Assembly (NCBI GenBank): GCA_001179505.1
Contig: CDMY01000479.1
Location: 4,661-68,660 of the forward strand
Length of the DNA stretch: 64,000 nt
Direction of reading: 5' to 3'
Source of the DNA: Vitrella brassicaformis CCMP3155
Taxonomy: Eukaryota; Protista; Chromerida
The position numbers and the translations under genes were made by a program. Each line of letters opens with the position of its first letter. Positions within the stretch are counted from its first letter, which is position 1. Below, piece by piece: positions 21,079 to 35,453 of the stretch. The notes below the pieces were generated by a model. It searched no databases and was not told the DNA's origin. It saw nothing but the letters and a program-made list of their open reading frames with translations.

Positions 21079-24000
21079 TCACATGGACTCCTCTTGACTA
21101 ACGCCAAACAGCCCGTCGAATCTGTCCATCAGTTTGCTCAGCTCACGGTCTTCCCTCTCCGTCCAGGCGCCATCCCTCTCCACCTCACTCTCGCCCTGAT
21201 CGCGGGGGCTCACAAGCGCCCTGTCGTTCGTGTCTTCCGCAATTACGTGATGTGTGGTGCTGTGCCGCTTTAGAATCTTCCTCTTCAGTGCTTCTGGGAG
21301 ACCGCACTCTGCAGACAGAGAGAGACAGAAGGAGACTGCGATGTGTCTCTGTCTGTCTCTGCGGTGTGCGTACGTGCTTTGAACTGCTCGAATTTCTCCA
21401 TGGCCTGTTTCCTCTTGCTGGGGCTGTTTTGGGGGTTCGTGGCGCTGAGGTGGAGGGCGACATAGGTGAGGGCGGCCGCGTCGCGGGCCAGGTGGGGCAT
21501 CACCGGGCGGCGGTCACCCACGTCTGTGAGGGCCTCGCAGATGGCCTCGGACAGACTCACCTAACCAGACAGGCAAAGTGAGACACACGCACGCCTTATT
21601 CAAACGGTATTTCGGGGCGTGTCTCTGTCTCTGCCGCTCACGTTGAGGAATGCCATGGTGTTTCCCAGCTCCTGCTGGAGCTTGCGCATGCCCAGGCAAA
21701 GGTCGCCCTCTTCTCTCTCCTCCTCTTTCTGAGCCTCCCTCTTGGCCCGCTCCCTCCTGGCTTCCTCACCCATGTGGGCGAGGGTCACCTGGGGCGCATG
21801 GCCCATCTCCTGGCTCGCCGGGAGCTTCGCCGGCAGCAGAGAAGGGGACTTCTGGACGTACCTGCACGTGAAGGGTAGTCGATCAGGGGCATGTCCATCG
21901 TGCTATGTGTGTGTGCTCGCTGTATGTCGCTGTATGTGACCGTGATGGCAGTTGGCAGAATCTCTGCAGGTTGTTGTGTGAGGCGAAGACCCAGTAGTCC
22001 TGCCCGTACTGGACGATGTGGTGGCTCGCCAGCGGCTTGACCAGCCGGCCGTCGTCCACTAGTGGATCGACACAGACAGAGACAGAGACAGAGACACCAG
22101 AGTCTGTGCGAGTGTGTCCGTCTGTCTGTCTGTGCAGGCGTGCGCACCGCACCGAGTGCGACAGGGTCGTATCCCCTGAGCGCCTTTTCGATGGACATCG
22201 ACTGGCACTCTGTGAAGGGCAGCACACGCGGGAGGGTCCGCGGCAGCGGCGTGGACAGGTAGTGGCTCGGGTGAGACAGGAAGGCCTGCATCCACAGTCG
22301 TGATCGTGTGTATGTGGCGACGTACACACGGGGAGAGTGGGGAGAGGGTTGTTGCTGACCTGTTGGCTGTCGTGCGATTGGAGCCAGAATATTCTTCCCT
22401 TGAACTCGACGGCGAATGAGAAGTCGCCTGAGGCGTCAACCAACTCATCCTACACACACATGCACACACACACACAGACGATCCATAGAACTTTCTGGCT
22501 GTGACGTGCATACCTTCACAGTTAGGGCCACAGGGCAGAATGTCCTCCAAGGCGACACCTACGCGCAGAGAGACACGTGTGTGTGAAAACGCCCAACACG
22601 CAAGCGTACAAAGTACTTTGCTTTGGATGACTCGTGGTGTCCATCCCAGGCCGCTGCATGGAGCAGCCCGCTTGTTGGCGTGCAGCCGGTGGTACAAATG
22701 CCGACGGGCTATCGCTGACTGCACACACACGAAGACAGACAGGGATGCGTTCGTCCATTTCTGCTTCTGTGTGGGTGCGGTGCGTTGGAATGTACCTCTG
22801 CTTCCTTCATTGCAGCGTCGTAGATGCGCCACAAGGACTGGTCGCCAGGCAGCAGACTGACAACGAACGAGACGCGCAGACAGAAAGTATCTATGTCTGT
22901 CTGTCTGTCTGTGTGTCTCTGTGCCGTGTGTGTGGTTGTGTGTGGTTGCCCACCTGACGCACGAGTACATTTGGCTGTAGTAGCTCTGCACCTGCGGCGC
23001 CCGCACAGTGTAGGCGTTGAGGGCCTCACGCTGGAACAAGACGACGCGACGACTGTCCTGCACGTCGCCAACTGCACACACACGCACACACAGGCGAGCA
23101 CACCCGTTTGTGTGCACATGATGAGTGTGTACTCCCACCGCACCGGTGTTGTCAGCGATCAGCCTCTGGCACCGCTGGAAGGTCAGTTCCTCCCCCGCCT
23201 GGTTGCGTGTGCGCTTAGAATACACACAGGTGACTCTGTTGTGTCTCTCGGTGTGTCAGACCTGCAAGACGAAGACGTTGTGAGGGATGACTCTGTATCT
23301 CGACAGCAGAGTCGCCTGCTTGACGTTCAGCGGCAGACCGTCGAGGATCCACCCTGAGTCGAGAGAAGAGATGTACACACAGACACATGTACACACACAC
23401 ACACACATACACACATGGTGTCTGGTGTGTGTGGTACCTCTCTCCAGGCAGTCCTTTTCTGAGAGGCGTCTAACGATGCTGGCCACCATCAGCTCGTCAC
23501 CCACCACGCCCCCGCTGCACACAAAAGGTCCACACCCAAAGATGCACACAGACATGACCCCACAAACACACACACACACACATGGGTGCTAGCTACTACC
23601 TCTTGAGAGCGTTGTCGACGTGCAGCGCCAGCTGGTTGTCCATCTTTTGCAGAGCGCCGCTCAGCACCTCTTCGCCAGTGACCACGATGGCGCCCGTCTT
23701 CTCTGCCAGCTTGGCTGCCAGGGTGCTCTTGCCGCTCAGGGGTGGACCTACAGAAGCGCAACACGCACAAAGTGGATGTGCCTTGGCGCACACGAACACA
23801 GCCCGTGTGCATGCGCACCCATGACAACGATTGCGGGGTGTGTCTCGACTGGTGAGGGGTCTGGCGCCTGGAGAAGGTCGACAATCCTGCCCTTACTTGC
23901 CTCCCTCTCCTCGAAGGACCCCGCCACGTAGTAGATGCGATCGCGATACAACAGGGGAAACTCATACGTGCTGGGGTGGACCTACACACGTCCAGCGTCC

Positions 24001-27000
24001 ACAGATGTGTGTGTGTGTGTGTGTGTGTATGTGTGTGTGGCGAAAGGCACACTCTAGTACCAGTCTGTCAACGCCAGTGGGGTTGAATTTTCTGAACCGG
24101 GAGAGCCGCGCGTGGCCGTGCCGCTGCAGACGCTCCGCATACAGAGGGTCGATCGACCTGACAAATGGCCGGCCGGACGCATGGATCGATGTGTGTATGC
24201 AGGTGTGTGCAGAGAGAGAGAGCCACGGGAGGGAGGTGTACCTACCTGCACTGGTGCTTCTCAATGAGGCTGTTCCGGTGCTGCACATAGGGCCTCAGGG
24301 CGTGCTCAACCATCTTCATGACGTTCGTGTGCGACCGCTGCGTCTTGACGGTGAAGATCGGCACACGTGACTCGTCGAGGGATCCACGCATCAGCGCCAG
24401 GACGGCCTCCTGCTGTCTCTTGGCAGCCGTGAACTGCTCGATCGCCTTCTCCGAGGCCTTGGGCGCACCCTCCTCAGCCTCCTCTTCCTGCGCACACAGG
24501 CCCATGGGCGAGGTGGGAGGTGTGTATGTGTTGGGAAGAGAGCTGCCCACCTCTTGGTCGGCCTCTTCTTCCTCTTCTTCGACTTCCTCGCCCGCAGCAA
24601 GACGCTGCTCGCGCTCCCGCAGCTGCAGACAACATGCGTGTGCACATCAGTATGCCTGCCTGCCTCTCTGTGTGGCTGTGTCTGTGGATTGTGGCTGTGT
24701 GTGTGGGTGTCGATCGACACACAAGTGCAGCGTGCAGCCGAGCCGACCTTTTCAGCCCGAATGGCTTCCTTCTCCTGCCTCTTCCTCTCCTTCTCTCTCT
24801 CGGCCTCCAGCTGATGGGCGCAGACAAAGCACACAGAAACACGGCCATTTTGTGGCTATGTCTCTCTCTGTGCATCGCTGTGTGTGTGTGTGCGCACGTC
24901 GATTTGCTCGAGGTTGAGGCATCGGTCGATGGCTGTGGCGTCATCGATCTCCAGGATGACCACACAGTCGGGGAGACGGCCAGCCTGACACACACACACA
25001 CAGAGAGACAAGGGGGGAGGGGCAAGGAGGCTTTGTGAGTGCACGCGTCAGCTTACCCGTGCCATGATTGCGGCGACATTGTTATTGGTAACGTTCTCTT
25101 CGTCGATCTCCTCGCTCTCAGTGTTGACAAGACCAGCAAACACGTTCCCTGGCGTGACACACACATACACCCAGTGGATAGACGCATGTGTGTGTTTACG
25201 TGCAGACGCACACTGGGTGGGTTCTATGCATCACCGTCAATGATGAGCGCGCCAGTGTGTGCGTGGAGCGTGTTCCGCATGGCAGATCGCTGCAGCGAGT
25301 CCACCACCTCGGGATCGAGCTCTGCGTGTCATGGACGCACAAAGGGTGTGCGAGAGTGGATGCGTGTGTGCTAAGGTGTACGTCTCTGCCGGACCTGGCT
25401 CGCCTTCCTCTTCCCCTTCTCCCTCCGCCTCTCCCTCCTCGCTGCACACACACACACACACACACACACAGGGATATGACAGGGCGCATGTGTTGTGTGT
25501 GTGTGTGTGTGTGTGTGTGTACGCAATGATGAGGTTTCCCTCTTCGTCGACGATCGGCTCCTGGTTCTTGAGGCGCTCCTTCTCACTCGCCACACCAGCC
25601 AAGTGCTCGGCCTCCAGGCGGGCATACTGTCCAGTCAGAAGCAATGTGTGTGTGGGGCCTGGGGGACAGAGGGGCTGTGGGGGGTACCTCTTGTGTGTAT
25701 GTCTGTTCGATGCCCATTTGTGGGATCTTCAGCTTGTCTGCGAGCGACTCCGCCACCGAGGGCAGCATGCAGCCAGAGGGGCCCACAAACATCAGCCTAC
25801 AGACACAGACACACACGTGTCTCATCTCTCTGTGTGTGTGGGGTGGGGCATGAAGGCGCCACCTACCTGGGTGGCGGCACGTCAGCGTCCGTGTGGATGT
25901 AGGCGGCAGGGTTGAGGGAGAAGGCCTTCATCGCCGGCTCAGAGAACAGCCGATACTGCTTGTGAGACAACTGCACCTGCACACACCACACCACACCACA
26001 CCCCACACAGATGGACGTGGATGTGCACACCTCTGTCCAAACACAAACACGTCTCTCTCGTGTACTTGAAAGTCGGCCTTGCCCGGCACCAGCCATTTTT
26101 CATTTCTCAGTGTCACCGGGCAATAGAGACCTGGCACACGCGCCCCCACCCTCTCACACACATACGCACACACGCACCCTTTGTTTGCACGCACCTGTCT
26201 CGCCCCACGGAACATATAGCGGCAGCTTCGGGGGTTTCTCGACTGTCTCCCCCTCCTCTCCCTCCTCCTCCTCTGCCTGCTCTTCCTCGGCCTCTTCAGG
26301 CTCGGCGTAGGGGTCGATCGGCTCCTCAACGTGGGAAGGGTCATCTGCACACGCCGGTGTGATGTGTTCGTCTCACCTGTGTGTGTGTGTGTGTGTGTGT
26401 ACCTGGTTGGATGAAGAAGGGGTCGAACGCCTTGCGGACGTGGCAGAAGGTGTCGTCGATCGATGGCTCCAGCGGGATGGGAACTGTCCATGTAAACATA
26501 CACACACACGCATGTGCAGCCATATCACATGTGCTTGCAGCCGCATCCCATGTGCTTGCAGCTGCGCGTACCCACTCTCTCCCCGAGGGCATCAAGCTGC
26601 GCGTCATAGGCCTCAACCGCCGGCTCCAGTAGCATGTGCTCGTCAGCAGCTCTACATTCATGTTGTTGATGTGTATACGAAGGCGCGTGTGTGTCTCTCT
26701 CTGTGTGTGGGAGAATACCGTCTTCTGAGTATGTCTGTCATCGAGGGGGCGTCCTCCTCCTCTGACAGCGCCTGTGTGTGAGACACGTGTTTGTTCACAC
26801 GGAGATGCCTAGGGGCCATCGATCGTACCTTGTAAGCGAGAATGCGGTGGAACTTGATGTTGAGTCCCTCCAGCGCCACGATCTGCCCACACGCACACAC
26901 ACACACAAAACACAATATGCAGCACACTTGTCCGTCACACCCACGCCACGCCACGCACTCAATGTCAGCACCTCTTCCTCCTTCATCGGCGCGCCGCACA

Positions 27001-27555
27001 CCACAAACCCCCGGGATGGCCACTCAAGCGGACCCTCCTGTCGTCATGCACACACAAGGTATACCTGTCTATGGCTGTCCGCGCATTCCCCCTCCCTCCG
27101 TACCAGCTCGACGATCGGCTCGCCGGTCTCCTCATCGATGGGGTACTCGGGAGGCTCCGTGCCTTCAGGCTACACACACACATGCAGGGAGACAGCGAGA
27201 CATGAGAAAGGAAGTGTGGGGTGGGGGAGTGGGGGGGTACCGCTTCTTTCGCGGCTTCAATCTCCTTCTTGATCCCCTCGATCTGCTTCTTGCGTGTGTC
27301 GACCATCTTCCAGTTGTTGAACAGACCCAACTCACACGCAATGCATCGCACTATCGCGTCGCTGCCTACACACACATGCGCACACACCTGTCTGTGTGTG
27401 TGTGTGTGTGTGCGTGTGTGTGCGTGCGGATTTGCTGTGCTTACTGAGTTCTTTGCCGTCTATGACGGCCTCTCGCTCCTTGGGGTAGAACTGAAAGTCG
27501 CCCGTGTCCGGTGGGGGCGGCTGGCGGGCGAGGAGAGGAAAGGCAGGAGTGCATG

Positions 27556-27589
<34 letters not shown>

Positions 27590-30409
27590 TGTACCTCCTC
27601 CTCCTCTTCAACAGGTTCTGATGGTGGCGGCTCCACCTCCTGCTGCTTCTGCGGGTGGGCACACGAACACACACACATGGGTGAGGGATGATGTATGGGT
27701 GGGGACTTGTGGTGTGTACCTTGCCCCTCCTCTGCTTTTTTCTCTCTTTCTCGAGCCTCTCCCTCTCCTCCTCGGCCTTGCGGCGGGCCTCTTCAATCTG
27801 CACACACACACACACACACACACGCGCGCGCGCGCACACACTCAACCACACACACACATGGATGGAATCGGAGTGCATCTGCTTGTACCGTACCTCCTCT
27901 TTGGTTGGCGGCACGTAGTGGTCCCTCCTCTCCAGACCTCTCTCGATGGCAGACGGCAGATCGACCACTTGGAAGCCATACATGTCCTACAAAGTCACAT
28001 CACACACGCGCGTCTGTGGATGCGCATAAAAGCTCTGTATACGGCGGAGGGACGGGTCATACGCTGATCATATTGGCTTGGGTCTTCTTGCCACTTCTGG
28101 GCGGCCCCAGAATGGCCAGGCCGAGGGTGGGCGGCACCTGCGGCCACTTGTCGATGTACCTGAACACCTCTCACACACATCCATGTGTGTGTTTTGTGGA
28201 ATGGAAGGTGCAGAAGTCACTTACTTTCTGGGGTCTCTCTTGAAGGCTGTCATGGTCTCGGGTGAGGAGAAGAGGAACACGCGGCCGCCATAGTCGACGG
28301 CATTCTCCTGACAACCACACACACACACACACACAGGGAGAGAGAGAGAGAGAGTGGGAAATGAGTACAGCTGTATCTGCGCCTGTGTGTCTCTCTCTAT
28401 CTGTGACACACCTGAGTGCCTTCTCTGATCTCGCTCTTGTCCCTCACGGCCACACAGTCGACTGTGCGCCAGGGTGACCATCGTCGAGGAGGGTCCTTCT
28501 CGTCGAGATTCAGACGCAGCAGCTCCTACACACACACACACACACACAATTAGACGCACACATGACAAATGGCTGGTGGGGCTGGGGCTGGGGTGGTTAC
28601 CTTCAGTTCTCCGACGTCTGCGCTGCCCTCTATGTCTTTTGCCACTGGGGGCGGCGCCAGACACCGCTGCATCGCCTTGGTGGGGTGGATGTGGGTCATC
28701 AAGGTCGACAACAGCTGCAGAAACAGCCACCAGAGACATACACACCCACACACCCACATGTTTGTGTGAATGCGATGGATGGATGGATGGATGGTGACTG
28801 ATCCACCTCTTCCGGCGCGCGGCCTTCAACAGAGAGAGTGGTGCACGGCACACCTGCGGCCTTCGAGAGAAACGAAGAGACACACACAGAGAGAGAGAGA
28901 GCACAAGCGCACACCAAGCATGTCGACACACCCCACTCCCCACACGCGCACCTCCACTTTTTGCAGCACTTTCTTGGCCCCCTCGACGTCGGCGTGGCCC
29001 GGCGTCCTCTCGGGCAGCAGCAGCTCAGACGACAGGGGCATCGGAGGGAGCTGCGCTGCACACATACAAGGTCGCGTGTGTGTATCCCCCGCACACACAC
29101 AGAAAGGATGCAGGCACGCACCTGCTGACTTCTTGAAGGGTGGCTGAATATACGGTCGGATCTCCTGCACCCACACCCACATACACAGGCAGCCTTTGCT
29201 TGTGTCGATTTCTGCCGATGGGTGTATGTGTGTGTGTGTGTGTGTGTCTATACGTTGATGAGATCGACCCCTGGGATGTCGAGGTTGCCCTCCTCGTCCA
29301 TCGGGGGTTCCGGCAGCGCCTCCTCCTCGGGCAACTCCTCTTCGGGCACCTCCTCACCAGCAGCCTCAAGCGCCTTCACACACACACACAGAGAGACACA
29401 CAGAGGTGCTGGTGGAGGGCGGGAGGGTGGAAGGGCGGTTACGGCTGCTAGTGCATGCACACCTTTCTCGCCGCCTCCTTCTCTTTGTGTCTACTCTCCA
29501 GCTGTGTCAGGTCGTCCTTGCCCCACACCTGGCCACTCGGCTCGTGAACCCTACCAACCCCCCCACACACACATGGGATGGATTTCTTTCTGTGTGTCCA
29601 TCGAAATGTATGTGCAGCAGAGGAAGAGGCACCTGAGTCCACCCGCATAGACACTGAGGTCGCTCTGTGGGTAGTCGAGGTAGACGGCCAGCCGTGGGAA
29701 GGCGTCAAGGAGGGGGTTGTCCACCCAGTGCTGGGGAGGGGGCGGTGGGGGTGGGGGGGCGGGAGGCTGCATGGGGGGTCGGATGCATGTGTGTGTGTGT
29801 GTGTGTGTGTAAACACCGCTGGCTGTCTGGCTGCGTGTGGCTGACCTCTTCTCCCTCTTCAGCTGGCTGTCCTCCCTCCCCCTCCCTCTCCCCCTCTGCA
29901 GGCTGCTCCCCTTCTGCGGCTGCTGCTGCTGCTGGGGGTTTCTCGGTCTCCTCGGGTGCACCCTCTTTCTCACCTGAGCACAGAACAGACACACAGTGGG
30001 GTGTGTGCGTGTAGGCGCTTGTGTCTGATGCGCACACACACAGATACGCACACCCATACCTGGCGGCTCTGGCTGCTCAGCGGCCTCTGCGGCTGTCTCG
30101 TCTCCCTCTCCTACTGCCGCCTTCTCCCCCTCGCCCTCTCCCTCTCCCTCTAGCTGCTGCTCTCCCTCTCCCTCGACCCCTGCCTCCCCCTCCTCGGGCG
30201 CCACAGCGGGCTCCTTCGTCGGCACTGCAGACACCGTTTGGGTACACGGATGGGTTTGCCTGCCTGCTGGCGGGGTGTCGTGTGCAGTATTGTGTGTGGC
30301 TTACACGGGGGAAGCTCGACGTCGTCTTTGGTGAAGCTGAGCCACTCCAGCCGAGGCTGAAGGAGAGAGACACAGGGCACAGACAGACAGGCGATAGATG
30401 GCACCCATC

Positions 30410-30442
<33 letters not shown>

Positions 30443-33400
30443 GTACCTGGATGGAGAGCTGCCTGAGCCTGTTCAGGAAGTCTTCCAGCTCCTGAAAACA
30501 CAACACACCAGACGCCGCCCGTCGGTGGCCGTGTCTCGCGGCGGCCGGTCCACTACCTGCTCGCCGCCCTCGTAAGTGGGCAGGTCCACCACATAGCCCG
30601 CTGTGCGGCACTTGGGTGAGGCCGCCATGAAGTCAACCAACAGACGCAATGTGTCTTCCAGAGACACGGACATGCCTGTGCGCGCGCATGTGTGTAGACA
30701 CAGAGGTGTGTGTGTGTGTGTGTGTTGGGGGTCAGGGCGAGGAGCGGACCTCTGTAGAGCTGTTCGTTCAATCGGCTGACGAGGGGGGTCTGCTTGCTCT
30801 TGGGCACTTTCAAGGCGATCTGTCCAGACAATGAGAGTGGCCATACCGATACCGCCTCAAGTATGTGTGTGTGTGTGTGTGTGTGAAGGTGCCTGCATAA
30901 TCTCTTCTGGGTTGATCCACTCAAGCCCCATTCGCTGCGCCAACTCGTAACCCACACGCTTCTTGGCTGCACACACACACACACACAGACACAGGAGATG
31001 GATGTCTCTGTCCATCACGACAGACTCACACAGGCCTTCGTGTGTGTGTACCGTCACAGTCGACCCCTAACAGCACAATGCCCATCTGGGGCGTCTTGGC
31101 GCAGTCCACCAAGTCACGATCCGTCGCCGGCTGCTCAGGACGGTCGGCCAGTGGGGGGAACTCTGACGCATGAGCAGGCTGCAGGGGAGGGGGAGGAGGG
31201 GAAGGCTCCGCGGCCACCTGCACACACACACACACATATCCGCACACAAAGGGTGTGTTTCTGCGACCACACACACGCACAGGGAGACACAGACGATCAG
31301 AGAGTGACTGAGTGTGTGCGTACCTCTCCCCCCGCTCGTTCTTCCTCCTTGCCCTCTTCGTCTTCAGGGATGTTGAGCATCCACTGGGGGTCCAGGTCAC
31401 CCAGCTCCGAGCGCACCCACTGGGTGCCCGCTGAGGGGGGCTTCTCCTGCACACACAGGATGTGTATACGTGTTTGTGCGTGCGAAAGGCTGTGTAAGGC
31501 AGCATGGTTGTTACGTCTGGGAACCGAATGTCTTCCGGTTTTTGGATGGCCGTGGCAGCGAGGCCTTTCAGCGGCCCCAATGGACCGATCTCCTCTTCCT
31601 CTCTCTGCTCAGCAGCACCCTAATAAGCGTCCTCGGTTGTGTTTGGATGATGTGGGTGTGTGTAGTGGTGTGTGGCCTTTGTACCTCCTCGGCAGCAGTG
31701 GGCTCCTCCTCCCTGTGTGTGGGCATAGGCATGGGCGCTGGTGATGGAGAGGGGGCCCTCCCATTCTCCCTCTGCTGCTGCTGCTGCTGCTGCTGGGTGA
31801 ACTCAGTCCACCTTCTCCGAGACTCCCTGTGTGTCCCATTGGTGTTATTCACTGACGCCTTTGTGTCGTGGGTGGCTCTTTCTGCTTGCACATACGTGTC
31901 TTTGAAGGCCTTGCTGGCGGCCACCCCAGCATCGTGTGGCAGGGCGAGCGAGTCTCGCACAATGTCCAGCTGCACACACATATACACACATAAGGACACC
32001 CACGACGCATATTTCAGCGAAGGACCTGGTTGAGAATGGAGTTCTGGCTTGGTGTGATGACAAAGCGGCTCGCGCGCGGCGCACCTCCAGCAGCAGCAAC
32101 AGTCCTGCGAGACCTGTTTATGGGCACAAGTGACTTCGCATACACTGTCGTGCCATGACTCTCGTGTACCCCATGAGCAGGTCGGCGAAGTCGGCCTTCT
32201 TGTCGGTATCCTTGACACGGAAGTCCACATGCACCTCTGCTGCTGCAGCTGTTGCTGCTCTCGCAGCTGGTTCTCCTTCTTTCGCTGCTGCTGCTTCTGC
32301 TCTCTCCGTTTGCTCTTGTTCTCGCTGCAGCTGGGCACGCTGCTCCAGGCTGACCTCTGTCTTGGACATACGAATGCGCGGCTGCAACACAAAGACGGAG
32401 GAGAGGATGGGTGGATGGGAGAGACACGGCACTCTCACCTCGGGCTTGTGTCCGTCGACGACCATCTCCACCTCACACACCACACTGCCCGAAGATCGCT
32501 GCTGCTCAATGCCCTTACTGCACACACCCGCCCCCCAACGACATATGAGCAGAGGGGCACCCATGTGTTGCTCACGCTTGCTGCTCCTGCTGCTCCTGCT
32601 GCTGCTGCTGGTCCAGCTGCTCCTCATCCGGATGGTCGAGGTAGGTGTATGTGGTGTATGTCCGTGGCGCCAGGGCACCGCTGACCGTCTGTGACCGCTT
32701 CTTTACCTCACTCCCCTCGGCAGCAGGCTGGGTGTAGGCCACAGTTCTCCGCGGCACTTGCACCTCACCAGCAGCAGCGACAGCGACAGCGGCAGCGGCA
32801 GCCTGACACGTTTACACACAGGAAGTGTGCAGAGTGTGTGTGTCTGCACCCTGCACACCTGCTCAGCAGCAGCAGCGGCATCAGCGGCACCAACGGCAGC
32901 AGCAGGAGCAGCAGCAGGTGGTCTGGGTGAGATCTCCTTGGATGGCAGCAGCGACGCAGTGCGCATCGACTGAATGCGATCCGACGCCCTCTCGGCAGCC
33001 AAGCGGACCAGCTCCTGCGCCTCGGCGTGCAGCTGCGCCTAAGAAGAGGAGCCGAAGGACCTGCATAGGACGCGTCGGTATGTCTCGTGTGTATGTGTGT
33101 GTGTACTTCAGAGCTGGTGCGAGCCCGAACGGCGATAGGAGGGCCGGCAGGTGCGCTGGCGGGCACTGCTTCCGCCGCTGCTGGCGCTGCTGCAGGTGTC
33201 TCGGCTGGCATGCGCTGCTGCGTCCTTTTGTCTGGCGATTTGTCCTCCTCTGTCTCCTCTTCGAGAGTGGGCAGCTGTGTGGCCGTCTGGGCGGACCGAA
33301 ACGACTCCAGCAACATCTGCCAACGCGCACCACACAGGCCATGTGTGTGTGTGTGTGTGTGTGTATGGGTGTGTGTGTTTGTGTGCGCACCTTGGCTGCG

Positions 33401-34824
33401 GCGCCGAAAGGCGTGACCTCTTCAGGCTTGGCCCACACGACCTCTACCGCATCCTCCGGATCGATTCCTTCATTGTCGTCGACGCACTCCTCCTCATACT
33501 CGAGCACCTCCACGTCCTCGGCAAAACCGGTCGTGCGGTCCTCTGCACACACACACACACACATGCAGCGGCTCCCATTCAGCGGGGCTGTGACGTTGTT
33601 CGCACACCGTCTGGTCCTGCTCCCATCTTTGGGTGCTGCAGCTGTGTCGTGTCGGTCAGGGCTACGTCGTCATCCCACTGGGCCATCAGCGACACCTGCC
33701 GGGCGTCAGTAGCCTCTGTGTGAGCGCACATACACATGTGTGTCGGGGAGGAAGACACTCACTCATTCTCTGTGGGTGTTGGTGGTGCTTTCTCCGACCT
33801 TGTGAGACCTTGAACGATGCCGCGAAGGACTTCTTGCGGCGAATGGGGGCGGCCGGCCTCTCCTCCGCCTGATACAAGACACCCAACACGCGAGACACGC
33901 GCGTGTACGCGATTCACACGTCTGTGTCTTCGTGTGTGTACTTTGGGCGGCTCTTCTGCATCGACGGCCATTGAAGCGCCGCGAGTTCGGCGAAAGGTCA
34001 CCTAGGAAAGAAGAACAGGGTGCGCTTCTTTGTTGTCATGAATGTCTTCATCTATCCGTCGTTCCCGATCCAGACAAGGAACAACAGTACCATACCACAA
34101 TCTTGGGGAGTTTCCTGATCGTTTCGCCCGTCGCCTTCTTGACGCTCCGGACGGTGATGCGCTTGAACAACTTTGTCTGCACACGAAGCAGAATGAGTGT
34201 CTTATATATGTGGGCACTGCCTGACGCACCAGGAAGTCTGAGTATGCCTTGTCGCTGATGACGGGCGTCCAGACGTCGGCCAGCTGGAAGAAGGCCTCGA
34301 AGAAACGCGTGAACTCCAGCGCATCAGCACCTGCACCCACCATACACACAAATGCGCCTTTCTCGCTCGCGGAAACACTCCTAGGTGCTTCGCCGACCTC
34401 TGCTGTCGTGCAGCCAGTCGCTGTCGACCACTTGGAGGGCCTGCTCGGGCGTGAAGTCAGGCAGCAACACCTTGCAAATCATCATCAACACCTGAGGACC
34501 ACACACAGACCAGATCCAGGCACACAGGTGTGAACACACAGACACATACACATCCACGCTCATCTCATTCTCGCCTACCCGAGTGTACTCGTCCCTGGGC
34601 ACTTTGTCGTCGCCGTTTTTGCGGAACAGCTGCCAGAGGCCGGCCACCTTCCGCTGCAGCACCGGCGACCACTTGAGCCGCCCACGGGCTGACAGAGCTG
34701 AGGGCGTCTCGAAGGCCTGGTCGCCTGCAATACGCAGAGGCAACAGAGAACCGCCTCCACATCTCTCTCTCTCTGTGTGCGTGTATGTGTTGTAGCTGAC
34801 CCTGTAGGTAGTAAGGGATGGCAT
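21079..34824 (-). CDS. AK9: Adenylate kinase 9-like giant multi-domain protein (several AK domains and YHS-like repeats; likely flagellar), many exons
   Basis: AK motifs: GPPLSGKSTLAAKLAEKTG, GWILDGLPLNVKQATLL, GPSGCMLPSVAESLADKL, AGYVVDLP. YHS-like segments: GYDPVAL, YGQDYWVFASHNNLQRF, YGGRVFLFSSPETMTAFKRDP, YRLFSEPAMKAFSLNPAAY. C-terminal LTYVALHLSATNP. Putative start MPSLTTYR at 34824. It may be more than one gene. Confidence 0.8.
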
Positions 34825-35453
34825 TGTGGACACCGGGCCGCTCCCACTCAAACAGCAAATCCTCAGACGGCTCCTGAGGAAGACAGGCGCACACAGAGAG
34901 CTCATAGTCGATTCATCGCCGCTCACCGTCATGACGGCAGAGGAAACGGCAAAGTGGATGGCCTTGTCTGCTTACAACCCGCCGCTGCGTGAATGTAATG
35001 ATCCACTGGCAGGAAACGAATAACTTTACCCCTCCAAAACTTGAAGGAGCTTCTATCTAGAAGTTCCCCTCAGAGTCTCGTGGTGGGGGCGCAGCTGGGG
35101 GCTTCCGTCTGCATGCAGGGGGACTCAGTAGGCTGTTACGCGGAATTCGTATATATCGCATAGATGAGCATGAGAAAGGGTCTGTGGGCCTCGCATCAGA
35201 CACAGACGAGGGTTCCGGCCATGATGTGTCTAGCAATCCAATCGTATCCAAGATTGTATCAATCAGTCTACCGCCCTATGCACACGAGAGAGAAAAACAC
35301 CATGCAGCGGACCGAACCAGCCCCCTTCCCCGCCTTTCCTCCGGACCCCCTCCTCTTTCCGTTCTGCACACACGTTGGCACTGTACATATACACCCGGGT
35401 CTGTATCTCTGTCTGTCTGTCTCCCCGTCTCCCCATCTATGTGAGACGGCCAA

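Noticed and set aside
22059-33723. Numerous ORFs rich in CVCVCV / THTHTH / RQTDRQ
   Set aside because: They are translations of intronic (TG)n, (CA)n and (CAGA)n microsatellites, not proteins.
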